Shown piece by piece: positions 49,806 through 61,901 of a stretch of DNA of 64,000 bases. The notes under the pieces were generated by a model. The model saw only the letters and a program-made list of their open reading frames with translations, was not told the DNA's origin and did not search any database. Location: NCBI GenBank assembly GCA_905234235.1, contig CAJOHN010000008.1:97406-161405 (forward strand), in the 5' to 3' direction. The position numbers were made by a program, and so were the translations under genes. Source of the DNA: an uncultured Selenomonadaceae bacterium. Lineage in GTDB: Bacteria > Bacillota > Negativicutes > Selenomonadales > Selenomonadaceae. Positions within the stretch are counted from its first letter, which is position 1; every line of letters starts with the position of its first letter.

Positions 49806-50332
49806 ACATTTACGAGGGCAACATCAGCGGGAAAAGTTTTAGGTTCGCGATAGTGGCGGCGCGTTTCAACGAGTTCATTACCGAGAAACTTTTGAGCGGG
49901 GCATTAGACGCCTTGAAACGTCACGAGACGCCTGAAGAAAATATTTCGGTAATTTGGGTGCCGGGCGCGTTTGAAATTCCGATTGTGGCAAAAAAATTAG
50001 CGTCGCTGAACAAGTTCGACGCAATAATTTGTCTCGGAGCCGTCATTCGCGGCGCGACTAGTCATTATGATTACGTTTGCAACGAAGTTTCAAAAGGCAT
50101 TGCGCAAGTCGGACTTCAAAGCGGCGTCCCGACGATTTTCGGCGTCGTCACCACTGAAAATATTCAGCAAGCGATTGAACGCGCAGGAACTAAATCCGGT
50201 AACAAAGGCTTCGACGCGGCGATTTCGGCTATGGAAATGGCGAATCTCATGAAGAAGATGACGAAGGACGAGGCATTGAACGCCCCGCGCAGAAGAAGAG
50301 GTCGTCGCCCGAAGAACGCTGAAGAAATTTAA
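49802..50332 (+). CDS. ribH: 6,7-dimethyl-8-ribityllumazine synthase with an Arg-rich C-terminal extension
   Basis: [38 protein letters not shown]; tail [22 protein letters not shown]. Confidence 0.97.
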   Translation: MNIYEGNISGKSFRFAIVAARFNEFITEKLLSGALDALKRHETPEENISVIWVPGAFEIPIVAKKLASLNKFDAIICLGAVIRGATSHYDYVCNEVSKGIAQVGLQSGVPTIFGVVTTENIQQAIERAGTKSGNKGFDAAISAMEMANLMKKMTKDEALNAPRRRRGRRPKNAEEI

Positions 50333-51117
50333 ATTTCAATGACGGAGCCCGTTAAAATTCTGTCGTTGAAATGATTCATAAAATTTTCTCCCGAACAATG
50401 ACACGGGAGAATTTTTTTTACGCCAAAATTTTTAAGCTCGTCGATTGTACGAGAAATTCTTTTTTGCGTCGCACCCGTCAAATGTAAGCCGCCAATAATT
50501 TTAACGATCGGCAAAGCAAATCGTTCGCGAACATCAGCAACGATATTCAGAATGCCGCGATGAGCACATGCAACTACAATCGTTAATCCGTCGCGCCCGC
50601 GCAGAACTAAAATAATTTCGTCGCTGAAGTCGTCGGGAATTTTTTTATCGCCGCGCACAAATTTATTCGCGATGGTTTCAAAATCATAACGCCGATTAAA
50701 ATTTCCGACAATCCAAACCGTATCGTCAAGTTTAATAACGTCGCGGCAAATTTTCTGCGCAATATTTTTCTCGGCTAAAAAGTTTTCGTCGAAGCCGCAA
50801 CCGCGATAAGTTTCGTTGGAAAATTTTTCTTCCCAAAAGTTCTCGCCGATATAAACGGTTTCAATTTGTGCGAACTCCAAAAGTTTTTTAAATCCGCCCG
50901 AATGATCGTAATGCGAATGACTAAGCACAGCAATTTTTATTCCGCGCAGGTCGACGCCCAAAATTTTTGCATTGTCAAACGCCGCGCCCGTATGTCCGCA
51001 GTCAAAAATAAATTTCGTCTGTGAAGTCTCGACTAAAAAGCTCAATCCGTGTTCGGCTACAAGCTTTGAATCAGCAGGCTTTGTATTTTCAATCAGCACC
51101 GTTAATGTTGCCGACAA
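50329..51117 (-). CDS. MBL-fold metallo-hydrolase
   Basis: [36 protein letters not shown]. Confidence 0.9.
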   Translation of the reverse strand: MSATLTVLIENTKPADSKLVAEHGLSFLVETSQTKFIFDCGHTGAAFDNAKILGVDLRGIKIAVLSHSHYDHSGGFKKLLEFAQIETVYIGENFWEEKFSNETYRGCGFDENFLAEKNIAQKICRDVIKLDDTVWIVGNFNRRYDFETIANKFVRGDKKIPDDFSDEIILVLRGRDGLTIVVACAHRGILNIVADVRERFALPIVKIIGGLHLTGATQKRISRTIDELKNFGVKKILPCHCSGENFMNHFNDRILTGSVIEI

Positions 51118-51979
51118 TGAAACTCATCTCCGTCTCGAAAGTCGCGCCGACTTCAAGTTTTATGATACCTTCTTTATCTTTAAGCTCGCCCGCGAAGTCT
51201 TCATAATCGGCGTGCCCCAGCCAAGGCTCAATGCAGATAAACGGCGCGCCACCCTGCGCGGGAGTCCAAAAGCCCCAATACGGGAAATTTTTAGCGCGGA
51301 CGGTTATCGATTTGGAACTCTTACGCGAACAGACAGAGACCTCATCAGATTTTAAATCGTCAAAAACAAGAGCGTCGCCCTTAAATAAATCGTAGTTCAA
51401 AGCAAGTTCGGTGCCGTCAAGCGTCGGGATTCTGTCGTGTGTAATGGAACCGCTCGCGGCAAGCGGAAGGCGTGAGGATTTTTCTGCGCGGTTGAATTTC
51501 AGGTAACAATCCTCGAACTTTTCTCCGAAGGCAAGCGGACAACTCAACGCAGGATGCGCCCCAATTGAGAAATAAATTTCCTTGTCGTCGGCGTTGGCGA
51601 CTTTCCAACCAACTTTAACCTCGTTGCCGATAAGTTCAAAAGAAATTTCCAAGCGGAACTTGTAAGGATAAACTTTCAAGGTAGCGGCGTTGGATTCGAG
51701 CGCGAAAGTCAGCTTGTTGTCAGTGGCGTCAACGAGCCAAAAATTACTTATGCGAGCGAACCCGTGTTGCCCTAACTCAAATTCCTTGCCGTCAACGCGA
51801 TACTTGCCGCCATTAACCTTGCCGACAATCGGGAATAACACCGGCGAAGAATATTTCCACCAAGTCGGGTCGCTGTCGAAAAGATATTCCGTGCCGTCAG
51901 AGAGCGCAGTTATCGACTTCAACTCCGCGCCGCGCTCCGCCACCGTGATTTTAAGAACGTCATTCTTAAGTGTGTACAT
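51089..51979 (-). CDS. Aldose 1-epimerase family (LacX-like) protein
   Basis: GAELKS, SPVLFPIVG, QHGFAR, FSIGAHP, PFICIEPW. Confidence 0.92.
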   Translation of the reverse strand: MYTLKNDVLKITVAERGAELKSITALSDGTEYLFDSDPTWWKYSSPVLFPIVGKVNGGKYRVDGKEFELGQHGFARISNFWLVDATDNKLTFALESNAATLKVYPYKFRLEISFELIGNEVKVGWKVANADDKEIYFSIGAHPALSCPLAFGEKFEDCYLKFNRAEKSSRLPLAASGSITHDRIPTLDGTELALNYDLFKGDALVFDDLKSDEVSVCSRKSSKSITVRAKNFPYWGFWTPAQGGAPFICIEPWLGHADYEDFAGELKDKEGIIKLEVGATFETEMSFIVGNINGAD

Positions 51980-51998
51980 AAAAATTCCTCCTAAAATT

Positions 51999-53090
51999 TT
52001 ATCGCCGTGAACTGTGCCGCGTAATCTCGACCAGACCGAGCGGCGTCATGTCCACGATTTTTGTTTTATTTCTGTCAAGGGCGGCTTGTTCGCGCAGAAA
52101 GTCCATCAGAATTTTTTTATGCGCGTCGCTATCCATATCGATAAAGTCGACGATAATAATCCCGCCGATGTCGCGCAGTTTCAGCTGTCGAAGGATAAGC
52201 TCCGCCGCCTCCAAATTGGTTTTCAAAATCGTTTCGTTAAAATCGGTGCGCCCGATGAATTTGCCGGTGTTCACGTCAACCGCTGTTAAAGCTTCGGTCT
52301 TGTCGATGACGATTTGCCCGCCGCTCGGCAAACTCAATTCGCGCTGATTAATTTTAGAAATTTCTTCCGCCACGTCGAACGCCTCAAAAATCTGCGCGGA
52401 GCCGTCGTAAAGTTTAACGTTGCCGGTAAGTTCAGCGAGCCGCCGATAAATTTTTATGTTGTCAACGATAAACTCCGTATCAGCAGTGAATTCGTCGCGC
52501 AAAATTTTTTCAATCAAATCATTGTCGCTGTAGAGGAGAGCGGGCGGCTTACGTTTAGAATTGCGCTCCAAAATTTTTGCCCAAAGGTCTTGAAGCTTAT
52601 CGAGGTCGTTAAGCAAAATATTTTCGTTGCAATTTTCAGCCGCCGTCCTGACGATTAAGCCCGAACCAATCGGACGAATTTTTTTAGCCAGCGTATGAAG
52701 TCGGGAACGTTCCTCGCCGCGAATTTTATTCGACACGCCGATATAATTCAACGTCGGCAGAAAAATTACAAATCGCCCAGCCAAACTTATATTGAGCGTT
52801 GCCCGTGCGCCTTTCGAGCCGATTGCCTCTTTATCTATTTGAATCAAAACGCTTTGCCCGACGGAAAATTTTTGCGCCGCGTTAAACTGCAGGAAAGCAT
52901 TTTTATCGCGCCCGATGTCGATGAACACCGCTTGCATACCCGGCAAAAAATTTCTCACGCGCCCCTTGTAAATGTTGCCGATAATTTTTGGGCTGTCGTC
53001 CCGTGAAAATTTAATCGCGCTGACTTCACCGCTATCAATCACGACCGCGCAGGTTTCGCCCATTTTGCGGCTAATAATTATCTTCTTCAT
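51999..53090 (-). CDS. rng: Rne/Rng family ribonuclease (compact RNase G)
   Basis: GNIYKGRV..PGMQAVFIDIG, TEALTAVDVNTG, LRDIGGIIIVDFIDM. Confidence 0.9.
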   Translation of the reverse strand: MKKIIISRKMGETCAVVIDSGEVSAIKFSRDDSPKIIGNIYKGRVRNFLPGMQAVFIDIGRDKNAFLQFNAAQKFSVGQSVLIQIDKEAIGSKGARATLNISLAGRFVIFLPTLNYIGVSNKIRGEERSRLHTLAKKIRPIGSGLIVRTAAENCNENILLNDLDKLQDLWAKILERNSKRKPPALLYSDNDLIEKILRDEFTADTEFIVDNIKIYRRLAELTGNVKLYDGSAQIFEAFDVAEEISKINQRELSLPSGGQIVIDKTEALTAVDVNTGKFIGRTDFNETILKTNLEAAELILRQLKLRDIGGIIIVDFIDMDSDAHKKILMDFLREQAALDRNKTKIVDMTPLGLVEITRHSSRR

Positions 53091-53239
53091 TGAATCACTT
53101 CCGAAAACATTTTACATTACCGCGCCGATTCTTGCAAAAAATTTTTTGAAAAAATAATTGTAATTTTCAGCCAAAACATTATAATGCCATTAAGAATTAA
53201 CGTGGTATTTTGGTTTTTATTTAGGAAGGGGAGGTTTTT

Positions 53240-56200
53240 ATGGCAACACTCAGTAACAGCACGCCCAACAAAATTGTTACGGGCACGAGCGGCGCGGATT
53301 CGATTTACAACAGCGGTGATTCAGTGACGGTCGACGGAGGCGCAGGCAATGACTCTGTAAGCAACGACGGCAAATATGTAATAACAATGACAGCATTAAG
53401 AACTACGCACTGATGAGCACGATTTACGGCGGCGACGGTAACGACACAATTAAAAACTTCGCCAATAATGTTTTTCGCTCAGTGGCGGCGCGGGTTCCGA
53501 CACTATTAAAAACAGCGGCATGAACGCCAAAATCTACGGCGACGCGGATAATGATTCAATCTATAACGCAGGCTCCACTGTCACTGCTTACGGCGGCTCC
53601 GGTAACGATACCATTTATCACGGCGGCTCGAATTCATCGGTTTACGGCGAGGCGGGCGACGATGTCATTTCCATAATCGGCGGCATCTATACGGCAAAAG
53701 TTTCTATCAGCGGCAGCACCGGTAACGATACCATTTACGGCAATTCGTCGCATCACACCATGATAGCGAATTCGGGCGTCGACTTTATCCAATACAACAA
53801 CGGCGACGGCAACGATGTCATTTACAATTTTGAACCCGTAGACACGCTCCAAATTGGCAACGGTACGACTGACACTTTCTCAAAATCAACGGTCGGCTCG
53901 GATATTTTGGTCAGCGTCGGCAGTGGAGTAATTACACTTAGCGGCGCGGCGACTTTGTCGAATGTCAATATTTTGGGGAAAGAAGTTGCCACCGTTAATC
54001 CGTTGCTCATCACTCTCACCGAAAACGCTGACACTTACAACAACAGCCTTGCCGGCGCGACGATTTTAGCTCTCGGCGGTAATGACAGAATCACTAACTC
54101 TGGCGCAAATGTTTTCGTTGACGGCGGCGCGGGCAACGATTACATCTACGACAACTACAGCAACACTTTTAACACAATCCTCGGCGGCGACGGTAACGAC
54201 GTGATTATCGGTTTCAAGGCGATTGATACTCTTCGTATTAACGGCGCAGTAACCCACTCAACGATAAAAAGCGGCTCGGATATTCTCGTCTCGGTCGACA
54301 GTGGAGTCATAACACTCAAGGGCGCGGCAAGTCTTTCCTCCGTCAATATCGACATAAAAGAGCTTAAAGATTTGCTGGTCACTGGTACAGAAAATGCCGA
54401 TACGCTTAGAAATAATCTCGAAGACGCAACGATAAACGCACTCGGTGGCAACGATTACATTTACAACAGTGCCGCAAATGTCTCGATAAACGGCGGCGCA
54501 GGCAAGGATACGATTTATGCTTATGGCAAAAATGTAACTGTCGACAGTGGCGCAGATGCCGATTACATTATCAGCGGCGGCGACACTCAGAAAGTAAGCA
54601 TAAATAGCGGCGCAGGTAACGATACTGTCTACAACGGAGTATATGGCGACAATGCCACAATCAACACGGGCGACGGCGATGATTCTGTTTACAACGGTTA
54701 TATGAATGTCGCAGGTGTGAAAGTAAGTTTGGGATCCGGCAATGATACTCTTCGCGATTGGTCTTACAACGGCACGATAAACGGCGGCAAGGGTAACGAC
54801 TTAATCCAAATGGAGCAAGAACATATACGGAATGTTATTGAGTATGCTGCCGGCGACGGTAACGATACGATCTACGGCTTCAATCCCACCGATACACTAA
54901 GTTTGACAGGCGGAACAGTAACGGGCTCGGTAATTTCGGGCGACGACCTCGTCTTGAAAGTCGGGACAGGCTCAATTACTTTCAAAAATACTCGAAGCGT
55001 CAATGTAAACGGAACAATTTTCAATCCCTCTTCCAAAACGGGCACGAACAGTCACGATTTCCTTACAAACTTTAATGACAATGCGACAATCAACGCACTC
55101 GGCGGCTCCGACAAAATTGCCAACAGCGGTTCCAATGTCTTAATTAACACCGGCGAAGGCGATAACAGTGTCGGCAACTACGGAGACAACACGACAATCG
55201 TAACCGGCAACGGTAACAATACAATCCTTAGCGGCACTTACATGCATTCAAATATCCGCGCAGGTGCAGGCAATGACTCCATTCACACCGGCTGGACTTC
55301 CTCGACAATAGACGCAGGAGCTGGCAACGATACCATTGTTGTTCACTATGCCTCTTCAATTACAGCAGGCGACGGCGATGATGTTATCTACGGCTATGGT
55401 TCAACCGATACGATTAAAATTGCCGGGAATTACTCCACTTCGACTGTCGGCTCTGACATTCTTATCACGGTCGGCGACGGCTCTATCCTGCTCAAAAATG
55501 CCAAGAATTACACGCTCAACATCGAAGAAATCAAGAAAGAACCCTACTTGAAACTTGAAGACGGCAATGCAGTTTATTATGACGAGAACGACGAAGTTTT
55601 GTTTACAATTTATGGCATCAGTTCTTCTGCAAAGCTCGCCGACTTCACGATAAGCGGCACGAACGTAACTATTGCCAAGAATGCGCTCGGCGAAGATGAC
55701 GTTTCTCTCGAAGGCGAGAGTTACACGCTCAAATTGGCGAACGACGTTCCCACAGTCTCGACGGCAACAAACGGCGGCTGGAGTTCACTCGTCAACGGCA
55801 AAGCAACTTATACCGCAACAGCCTACTCCGATTATTACACGCTTGACGACAACACAATAACTTACACGGCAAGAGAGGGCGGCGAAACATTCACAATCAG
55901 CGGCATAAAATCGACGTTATCAAGTGCCGTTGCGGTCGACGAAGAGAATAAAGACGTTACGCTGTACAATGCGGCATTGGGTACAAATACAATCACGCTC
56001 GACAGTGATGATTATTCACTGTATCTCGACGAGAGCGTTATCCAAGACGCGGGCGATGCCGAACAAAAATTTACCGCCTTCACGAACGGCACGGCGACTT
56101 ACAAAATTTTCGGTGACAGAGCTTATTACGCGCTTGAAGGCAACGAAGTTTCTTACGTGGCGGCAACGGCAGATAAGCAATTCACAATCAGCGGGCTGGC

Positions 56201-58966
56201 AAATAATCTGATTTTGGAAGACGGAGAGCTCGAAGGCGTTACGGCTGTGGTTGAGGAAGATACTGTCAGATTTATCCTTTCCGAAAAAGCTCTCAAAGAT
56301 TCCGACGTTACGTTGAGTGGCACTAATTGCACACTTGAACTAGCTGAGGAGGTTACAACTGCCGCTGTTGCTATTAACGGTTGGAGCGAAGTTGTCAACG
56401 GTACCGCTTCCTACAGCATAAACGGTAAGTCGAAATATTACACACTCAGCAACGGCAAGGTCGTTTATCATGCTCCGATAGCGGGTACACTTCAACTTAC
56501 GCTTGAAGGTCTCGCGTCGACGGCAACAATGGAAGACGGCGAAATTGACGGGCTCGAAGTAAACGGGAATTACTTGACGATTTCAGCCGCCGCAGTCGGA
56601 AAAAATGTCACGCTCAAATACAACAACGGCTTTAATATAACTTTGACGAATGACGTTAAAAATACTTCGTTCACGGGACAGCCAATGCCGACTCTATTAC
56701 CAACTATGGTAAGGATAATTCAATCTTCGGCGGCGCGGGCAATGATTTTGTCCGTCTCATCGGTAGCCAACCCAATACGATTAATACTTCACAAGGCAAC
56801 GATACGATTAAGCTCGACACGGCAGTTCAATCGTTTACAGCTCAAGGCTTCAATGTCGGCGACGAAATTCAGCTTGCAAGCGCGGTAACCAATTTGACAA
56901 CGGTTAGCGGCGGAATTAACTCGTGGACAACTTCAATCAATAGCATTGCCTACAAGCAGTCAACAGTGGCAGGTGCGAAGCTCAACGGCACAAAGATAAC
57001 TTACGACTCGCTCAGCGGCAACAACGTTATCCTCAACAATACGGCACTTGCCAATCGCAAATCGAATACAATCTCGATAAGCGGCGGCGATTATAAACTC
57101 GTATTGGCTGGCGGCGTAGACACAATTAAAGAAAATACTTCGGGTTGGAAAACGCTTACAAGCGGCAACGTGGCTTATCTTGAGGGCGGTACGGGCGAAT
57201 ATTATTCTCTCGCGGGTAACGGCAAAAGTGTTACTTACTATCCGTCAGTAGCGGGCACAAATAAAGTTGAATTCAGCGGCGTCAAAGGCACTCCGACACT
57301 TAACGGAAAGACAATCAGCTTGGCGGCGACCAATTTTAATAGCAACGTTGCTGTCGTCTCGAACGCAGGAAAATATTCCTTCAATTTGAATGGCGACATC
57401 GGCGGCAAAACTTTCACGGGCACTGCGAAAGCTGATTCAATCACAAGCAACGGTTCCAATGTTACAGTCAACGGCGGCAAGGGCAACGATGTTTTTATCT
57501 TCTCCAAAGGAACCTCTACAATCGCCGATTATACTTCAAATGCCGATAAAATTTCTCTCAACGCCGCGCAGATTTCCGATGTCTCACTAAACAACAACGA
57601 TATAATCTTGAAACTGGGTAGCAATGACGCTCTCACAATCGCGAACGGCAAAAATAAAAAAATCACCGTCAAGAACGGCAAAACTGTGCAATATATTTTC
57701 GGAGACCACGTTATTTTCAACGCTGGTAAAACGTCGGCTTCTCTCACGTCTGCGGCAACAAATTTCAGCTCAAGCGGTTATTCGTCACTTGTTTCGGTCG
57801 ACGCGACTAAAACCTCAAATGCAGTAAATATCGTTGGTAATGCCAAAGCCAATAAGATTTATGCGGGCGCGAAGGGCTCAACACTTAACGGCGGCAAAGG
57901 TAATGATACACTCTACGGTGGCAACGGAGTTGACATTTTCGTTTACGAGAAAAAAACCGGCAACGACGTTATCCAAAATTACACTTCGGGCAAAGATAAA
58001 ATCAGTTTGGGAGCCGGCGCGAGCATTGCAAGTTTCTCGGTTAATAAGACGGGCGACGCGGTTTTTAAAGTTGGGAGTAACAACCTTACCCTTAAAAAGA
58101 CTGGCGACGAAAATATCTCCGCTAACGGCAAAAAAATTACGGTAATCGACGCGAGCGGCAACCAAACTACTCAAACCTACTTCGAGGATAAAATTACCAC
58201 CAATAAGGGCGTTACGTTGAATTCGTCATTTGATAGCGAAGTCTTTACTGCCGGTAGCTCCGTCGTCACGGTCGATGCGGCGCAAGTCGGCAATTCATTC
58301 GTCCTAAAAGGAAACGCCAAGAATAATATTTTAACGGGCGGCACGGCGGCAGACAATATCAAAGGCGGTAACGGAAAAGATAAACTCTACGGCAACAATG
58401 GCGATGATACAATTTCAGGCGGTAAGGGCAACGATTCGCTCTGGGGTAATGCGGGAAATGATTCACTCGTCGGAGACGCAGGCGATGATAAACTTTTCGG
58501 CGGTGCAGGTAAAGATATATTGCTCGGTGGCGCAGGTAACGACAGCCTCTTGGGTGAAGGCGATAATGATACGCTTTCGGGCGGCGCAGGCAAAGACACG
58601 CTCAAAGGCGGCGACGGCAACGATTCACTTTGGGGCGGAGCAGGTGCTGATAGTCTTATCGGTGGCAAAGGTGATGATTCGCTTTGGGGCGGTGCGGATA
58701 ATGATACGCTACTTGGTGGCGACGGTTCGGATACTTTCATCTATAAGTCGGGCGAGGGCAAAGATGTTATCAGCGGCTTTGAAGACAACGACTTATTGCA
58801 AGTTACGGGAGTTTTCTCTGCCACTTACAACAAGAGAGCGAAGGAACTTTATTTTAACGTCGACTCTACGACAAATGCTATTACGCTGAAAAATTTCACT
58901 GCCACGAGTTTCAACGTCAACGGTACGGCTTACCAAATCAGTAATACTTCGCTCGTTAAAAAGTAA
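53240..58966 (+). pseudogene. Large (~1900 aa if repaired) RTX/calcium-binding repeat surface protein with frameshifts near 53380, 53475 and 56677
   Basis: RBS and ATG at 53240 (MATLSNSTPNKIVTGTSGADSI); GGxGND repeats continue across each frame change; dense nonapeptide block at about 58330-58740; no signal peptide. Confidence 0.85.
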
Positions 58967-59004
58967 TGCAGGATAAAGAATTTCTGCGTCGAAACAACCG
59001 ACGA

Positions 59005-59097
59005 CTGAATATCGGGGAGCTGGCAGACCGGCTGAGAGGAAGTTAAGCACTTCGACCCGCAAACCTGATTCGGATAATGCCGACGTAGGAAAAATAA
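59005..59097 (+). ncRNA. TPP riboswitch
   Basis: GGGGAGC..GGCTGAGA..GACCC..ACCTGATTCGGATAATGCCGACGTAGGAA, upstream of thiW-thiC. Confidence 0.95.
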
Positions 59098-59112
59098 TTT
59101 CTCGAAACAACG

Positions 59113-59145
59113 GGAAAGCCTCCGAATCAGGGGGCTTTCTCTTTT
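59113..59145 (+). terminator. Expression-platform terminator of the TPP riboswitch
   Basis: GAAAGCCTCC-GAATCA-GGGGGCTTTC followed by TCTTTT. Confidence 0.75.
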
Positions 59146-59165
59146 GTAGCAGAGGAGTTGTTGCT

Positions 59166-59654
59166 ATGAATGGTACAAAAAAATTGACGCTCGCGGCGGT
59201 GTTGACGGCGATAGCAGTTGTCGGGAGTTTAATTTCGTTTCCTGTGCTCGGAAGTCGTTGCGCGCCAGTTCAGCATATGGTTAATGTTTTCTGCGCGGTA
59301 CTTTTAGGTTGGCGATACGGAGTTGGGGCGGCATTTGCGGCGAGTTTGTTGAGAAATCTTTTAGGATTGGGAACGATATTTGCATTTCCGGGCAGTATGA
59401 TTGGCGCGTTGTTAAGCGGCGTTGTCTACGCTCGGACGAAAAATATTTGGCTGACGGTTTTAGCGGAGGCGTTCGGCACGGGGATAATCGGCGGGCTCAT
59501 TGCTTACCCGATAGCGATTTTTATTCTAGGACAAACTGCGGGCGACGTGGCATTTTATTTTTACGTCACACCGTTTTTAATCTCGACAACTTGCGGAGCG
59601 GTTATCGCGGGGCTCGTCGTCAAGCGGTTTAAAAAATTTTTGATAGGAGAATGA
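59166..59654 (+). CDS. thiW: ECF transporter S component ThiW
   Basis: PVQHMVNV, SLLRNLLGLGTIFAFPGSMIGA, EAFGTGIIG; under the TPP riboswitch. Confidence 0.92.
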   Translation: MNGTKKLTLAAVLTAIAVVGSLISFPVLGSRCAPVQHMVNVFCAVLLGWRYGVGAAFAASLLRNLLGLGTIFAFPGSMIGALLSGVVYARTKNIWLTVLAEAFGTGIIGGLIAYPIAIFILGQTAGDVAFYFYVTPFLISTTCGAVIAGLVVKRFKKFLIGE

Positions 59655-60961
59655 ACATGTCAACACAAATGCAAGCGGCTCGCGAGGGCAAAATAACTGA
59701 CGCGATGAAAATCGTAGCGGAGGCTGAAAAAATTTCTGCGGAAGAAATTCGTTCGGGCGTGGCGAGTGGCGTCATTGCAATCTGCGCGAACGTTAATCAC
59801 AAAAATTTAACACCTTGCGGCGTTGGGGCGGGCTTGCGTACGAAAGTCAATGCAAATATCGGAACGTCGAGCACCTTCCCAGACATTGAGCCCGAACTTT
59901 TAAAATTAGACGAGGCGATTCGTTGCGGCGCGGATTCGGTTATGGATTTAAGCACGGGCAACAATATTGACATTTCGCGGAAAAAAATTATTGAGCATTC
60001 GCCGATTATGATCGGGACGGTTCCGATTTATCAAGCGGCAGTAGCGGCGATTAAAAATCATGGCGCGATTGTTTCGATGACGGAAGAGGATTTGCTTAAG
60101 ACGATTGAGACGCAGGCTAAGGACGGCGCGGATTTTATGACGTTGCATTGTGGCGTAACGCGAGCGGCGATTGAAAAACTTCGGACTCAGCAACGCGAGA
60201 TGGATATTGTAAGTCGGGGCGGAAGTTTTATAGCGGGCTGGATTCTTCATAATGAGCGCGAGAATCCTCTTTACGAACGTTACGACGATATTTTGGACAT
60301 CTGCGCGAAATACGACGTGACGATAAGTCTTGGCGACGGAATGCGACCCGGTTGCATAGCCGACGCAACGGACAGAGCGCAACTTACTGAGCTGATAACT
60401 TTGGGCGATTTAGTTGACAGAGCTTGGAGGCGCGGCGTTCAAGTTATGGTTGAAGGACCTGGACACGTTCCTTACGACCAAATCGAAGCCAATATGAAAC
60501 TTGAGAAAAGACTTTGTCGGAATGCGCCGTTTTATGTTCTCGGACCTTTGGTTACGGACGTTGCGCCCGGTTACGACCATATAACTGCGGCGATTGGCGG
60601 GACATTAGCGGCGATAAGCGGGGCTGATTTTCTTTGTTACGTGACGCCCGCCGAACATTTATGCTTGCCGACGATTGAGGACGTTCACGACGGAGTTATA
60701 GTTTCGAGGATAGCCGCGCACGCCGCCGACATTGTTAAAAATAAAAAGTTCCGCGATTGGGACTTGCAAATGGCGCGTGCCAGAAAAGTTTTGGATTGGG
60801 AAGAGCAGATGAATTTGGCGATTGATCCCGACCTTGCCAAGAAAAAACGCGGAGCTAGGAATAAATCTGGCGAGACGGCTTGCAGTATGTGTGGCGATTA
60901 TTGTGCGGTTAAAATTGTCAGCAAATATTTTGACGCGCCCGTTTATCCTTGCAACGATTAA
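59651..60961 (+). CDS. thiC: Phosphomethylpyrimidine synthase
   Basis: KVNANIGTS, MDLSTG, VSRGGS, EGPGH, GYDHI, CSMCGDYC. Confidence 0.97.
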   Translation: MNMSTQMQAAREGKITDAMKIVAEAEKISAEEIRSGVASGVIAICANVNHKNLTPCGVGAGLRTKVNANIGTSSTFPDIEPELLKLDEAIRCGADSVMDLSTGNNIDISRKKIIEHSPIMIGTVPIYQAAVAAIKNHGAIVSMTEEDLLKTIETQAKDGADFMTLHCGVTRAAIEKLRTQQREMDIVSRGGSFIAGWILHNERENPLYERYDDILDICAKYDVTISLGDGMRPGCIADATDRAQLTELITLGDLVDRAWRRGVQVMVEGPGHVPYDQIEANMKLEKRLCRNAPFYVLGPLVTDVAPGYDHITAAIGGTLAAISGADFLCYVTPAEHLCLPTIEDVHDGVIVSRIAAHAADIVKNKKFRDWDLQMARARKVLDWEEQMNLAIDPDLAKKKRGARNKSGETACSMCGDYCAVKIVSKYFDAPVYPCND

Positions 60962-61004
60962 AAAAAATCCCCCGCAATCTTTTTGGACTGTGGAGGATTT
61001 TTTT
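60960..61004. terminator. Bidirectional terminator between thiC and tsf
   Basis: A-run, TCCCCCGCA...TGTGGAGGA, T-run. Confidence 0.75.
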
Positions 61005-61021
61005 ATTGCTTGGGATAAATT

Positions 61022-61891
61022 TTACATGCCGGCTTGAGCCGCAACTTCCGCCGCGAAGTCGACTTCTTTTTTCTCGATACCTTCGCCGAGCTGCCAACGC
61101 GTGAATCTTAAAACTTTTTCCTTGCCGAGAATGTCTTTAACAGTCTTCTCATTATCCTTAACAAAAATCTGTTCGACAAGGCAGACTTCCTTATAAAACT
61201 TGTTGATACGACCGAGAACCATTTTCTCAACGATTTTCTCCGGCTTGCCTTCTTCGAGGGCTTGTTTACGGAGAATTTCTTTTTCGTGTTCGAGTTCGGA
61301 AGCGTCGACGCCTACGCGGTCAACAGCGGAAGGATTAGCCGCCGCGATTTGCATAGCGACATCTTTACCGAGTTCGTCGGAGCCGCCCGTCATTTCGACG
61401 AGCACGCCGATTTTGCCGCCCATATGAATATAAGTCGTGAGCTTGCCTTCAGTCTCGTAAGTGACAAAGCGACGAATCGAAATTTTTTCACCAATAGTAG
61501 CGGTCGCTTCGGTAACGAGGTCGGAAACTTTTTTACCGTCGATAACGCTGTCATTGAGCGCGTCGAGGTCGGCGGGTTTAGCTTCGGCAATGTGTTCGAT
61601 AACTTTTTTCTCCAGCGCACGGAAATTTTCATTGTTGGCAGTGAAGTCGGTTTCGCAGTTGACTTCGAGGAGGACGCCGGTTTTGCCGTCTTTAGAAATG
61701 TAAGCGGCAACGGCACCTTCCGCCGCGACGCGTCCGGATTTTTTAGCGGCTTTGGCAATGCCTTTTTCGCGGAGCCAATCAATCGCCTTTTGCATATCGC
61801 CATCGGTCGCGGTCAGAGCTTTTTTGCAATCCATCATGCCCGCGCCGGTTCTCTCGCGTAATTCCTTAACAGTACTAGCACTAATAGCCAT
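61022..61891 (-). CDS. tsf: Elongation factor Ts
   Basis: [27 protein letters not shown]. Confidence 0.98.
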   Translation of the reverse strand: MAISASTVKELRERTGAGMMDCKKALTATDGDMQKAIDWLREKGIAKAAKKSGRVAAEGAVAAYISKDGKTGVLLEVNCETDFTANNENFRALEKKVIEHIAEAKPADLDALNDSVIDGKKVSDLVTEATATIGEKISIRRFVTYETEGKLTTYIHMGGKIGVLVEMTGGSDELGKDVAMQIAAANPSAVDRVGVDASELEHEKEILRKQALEEGKPEKIVEKMVLGRINKFYKEVCLVEQIFVKDNEKTVKDILGKEKVLRFTRWQLGEGIEKKEVDFAAEVAAQAGM

Positions 61892-61901
61892 TTATTTCAC
61901 C

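Noticed and set aside
58330..58740. 27-bp periodic GGCGGC..GGCAACGAT repeats
   Set aside because: They encode RTX nonapeptides and are not a non-coding array
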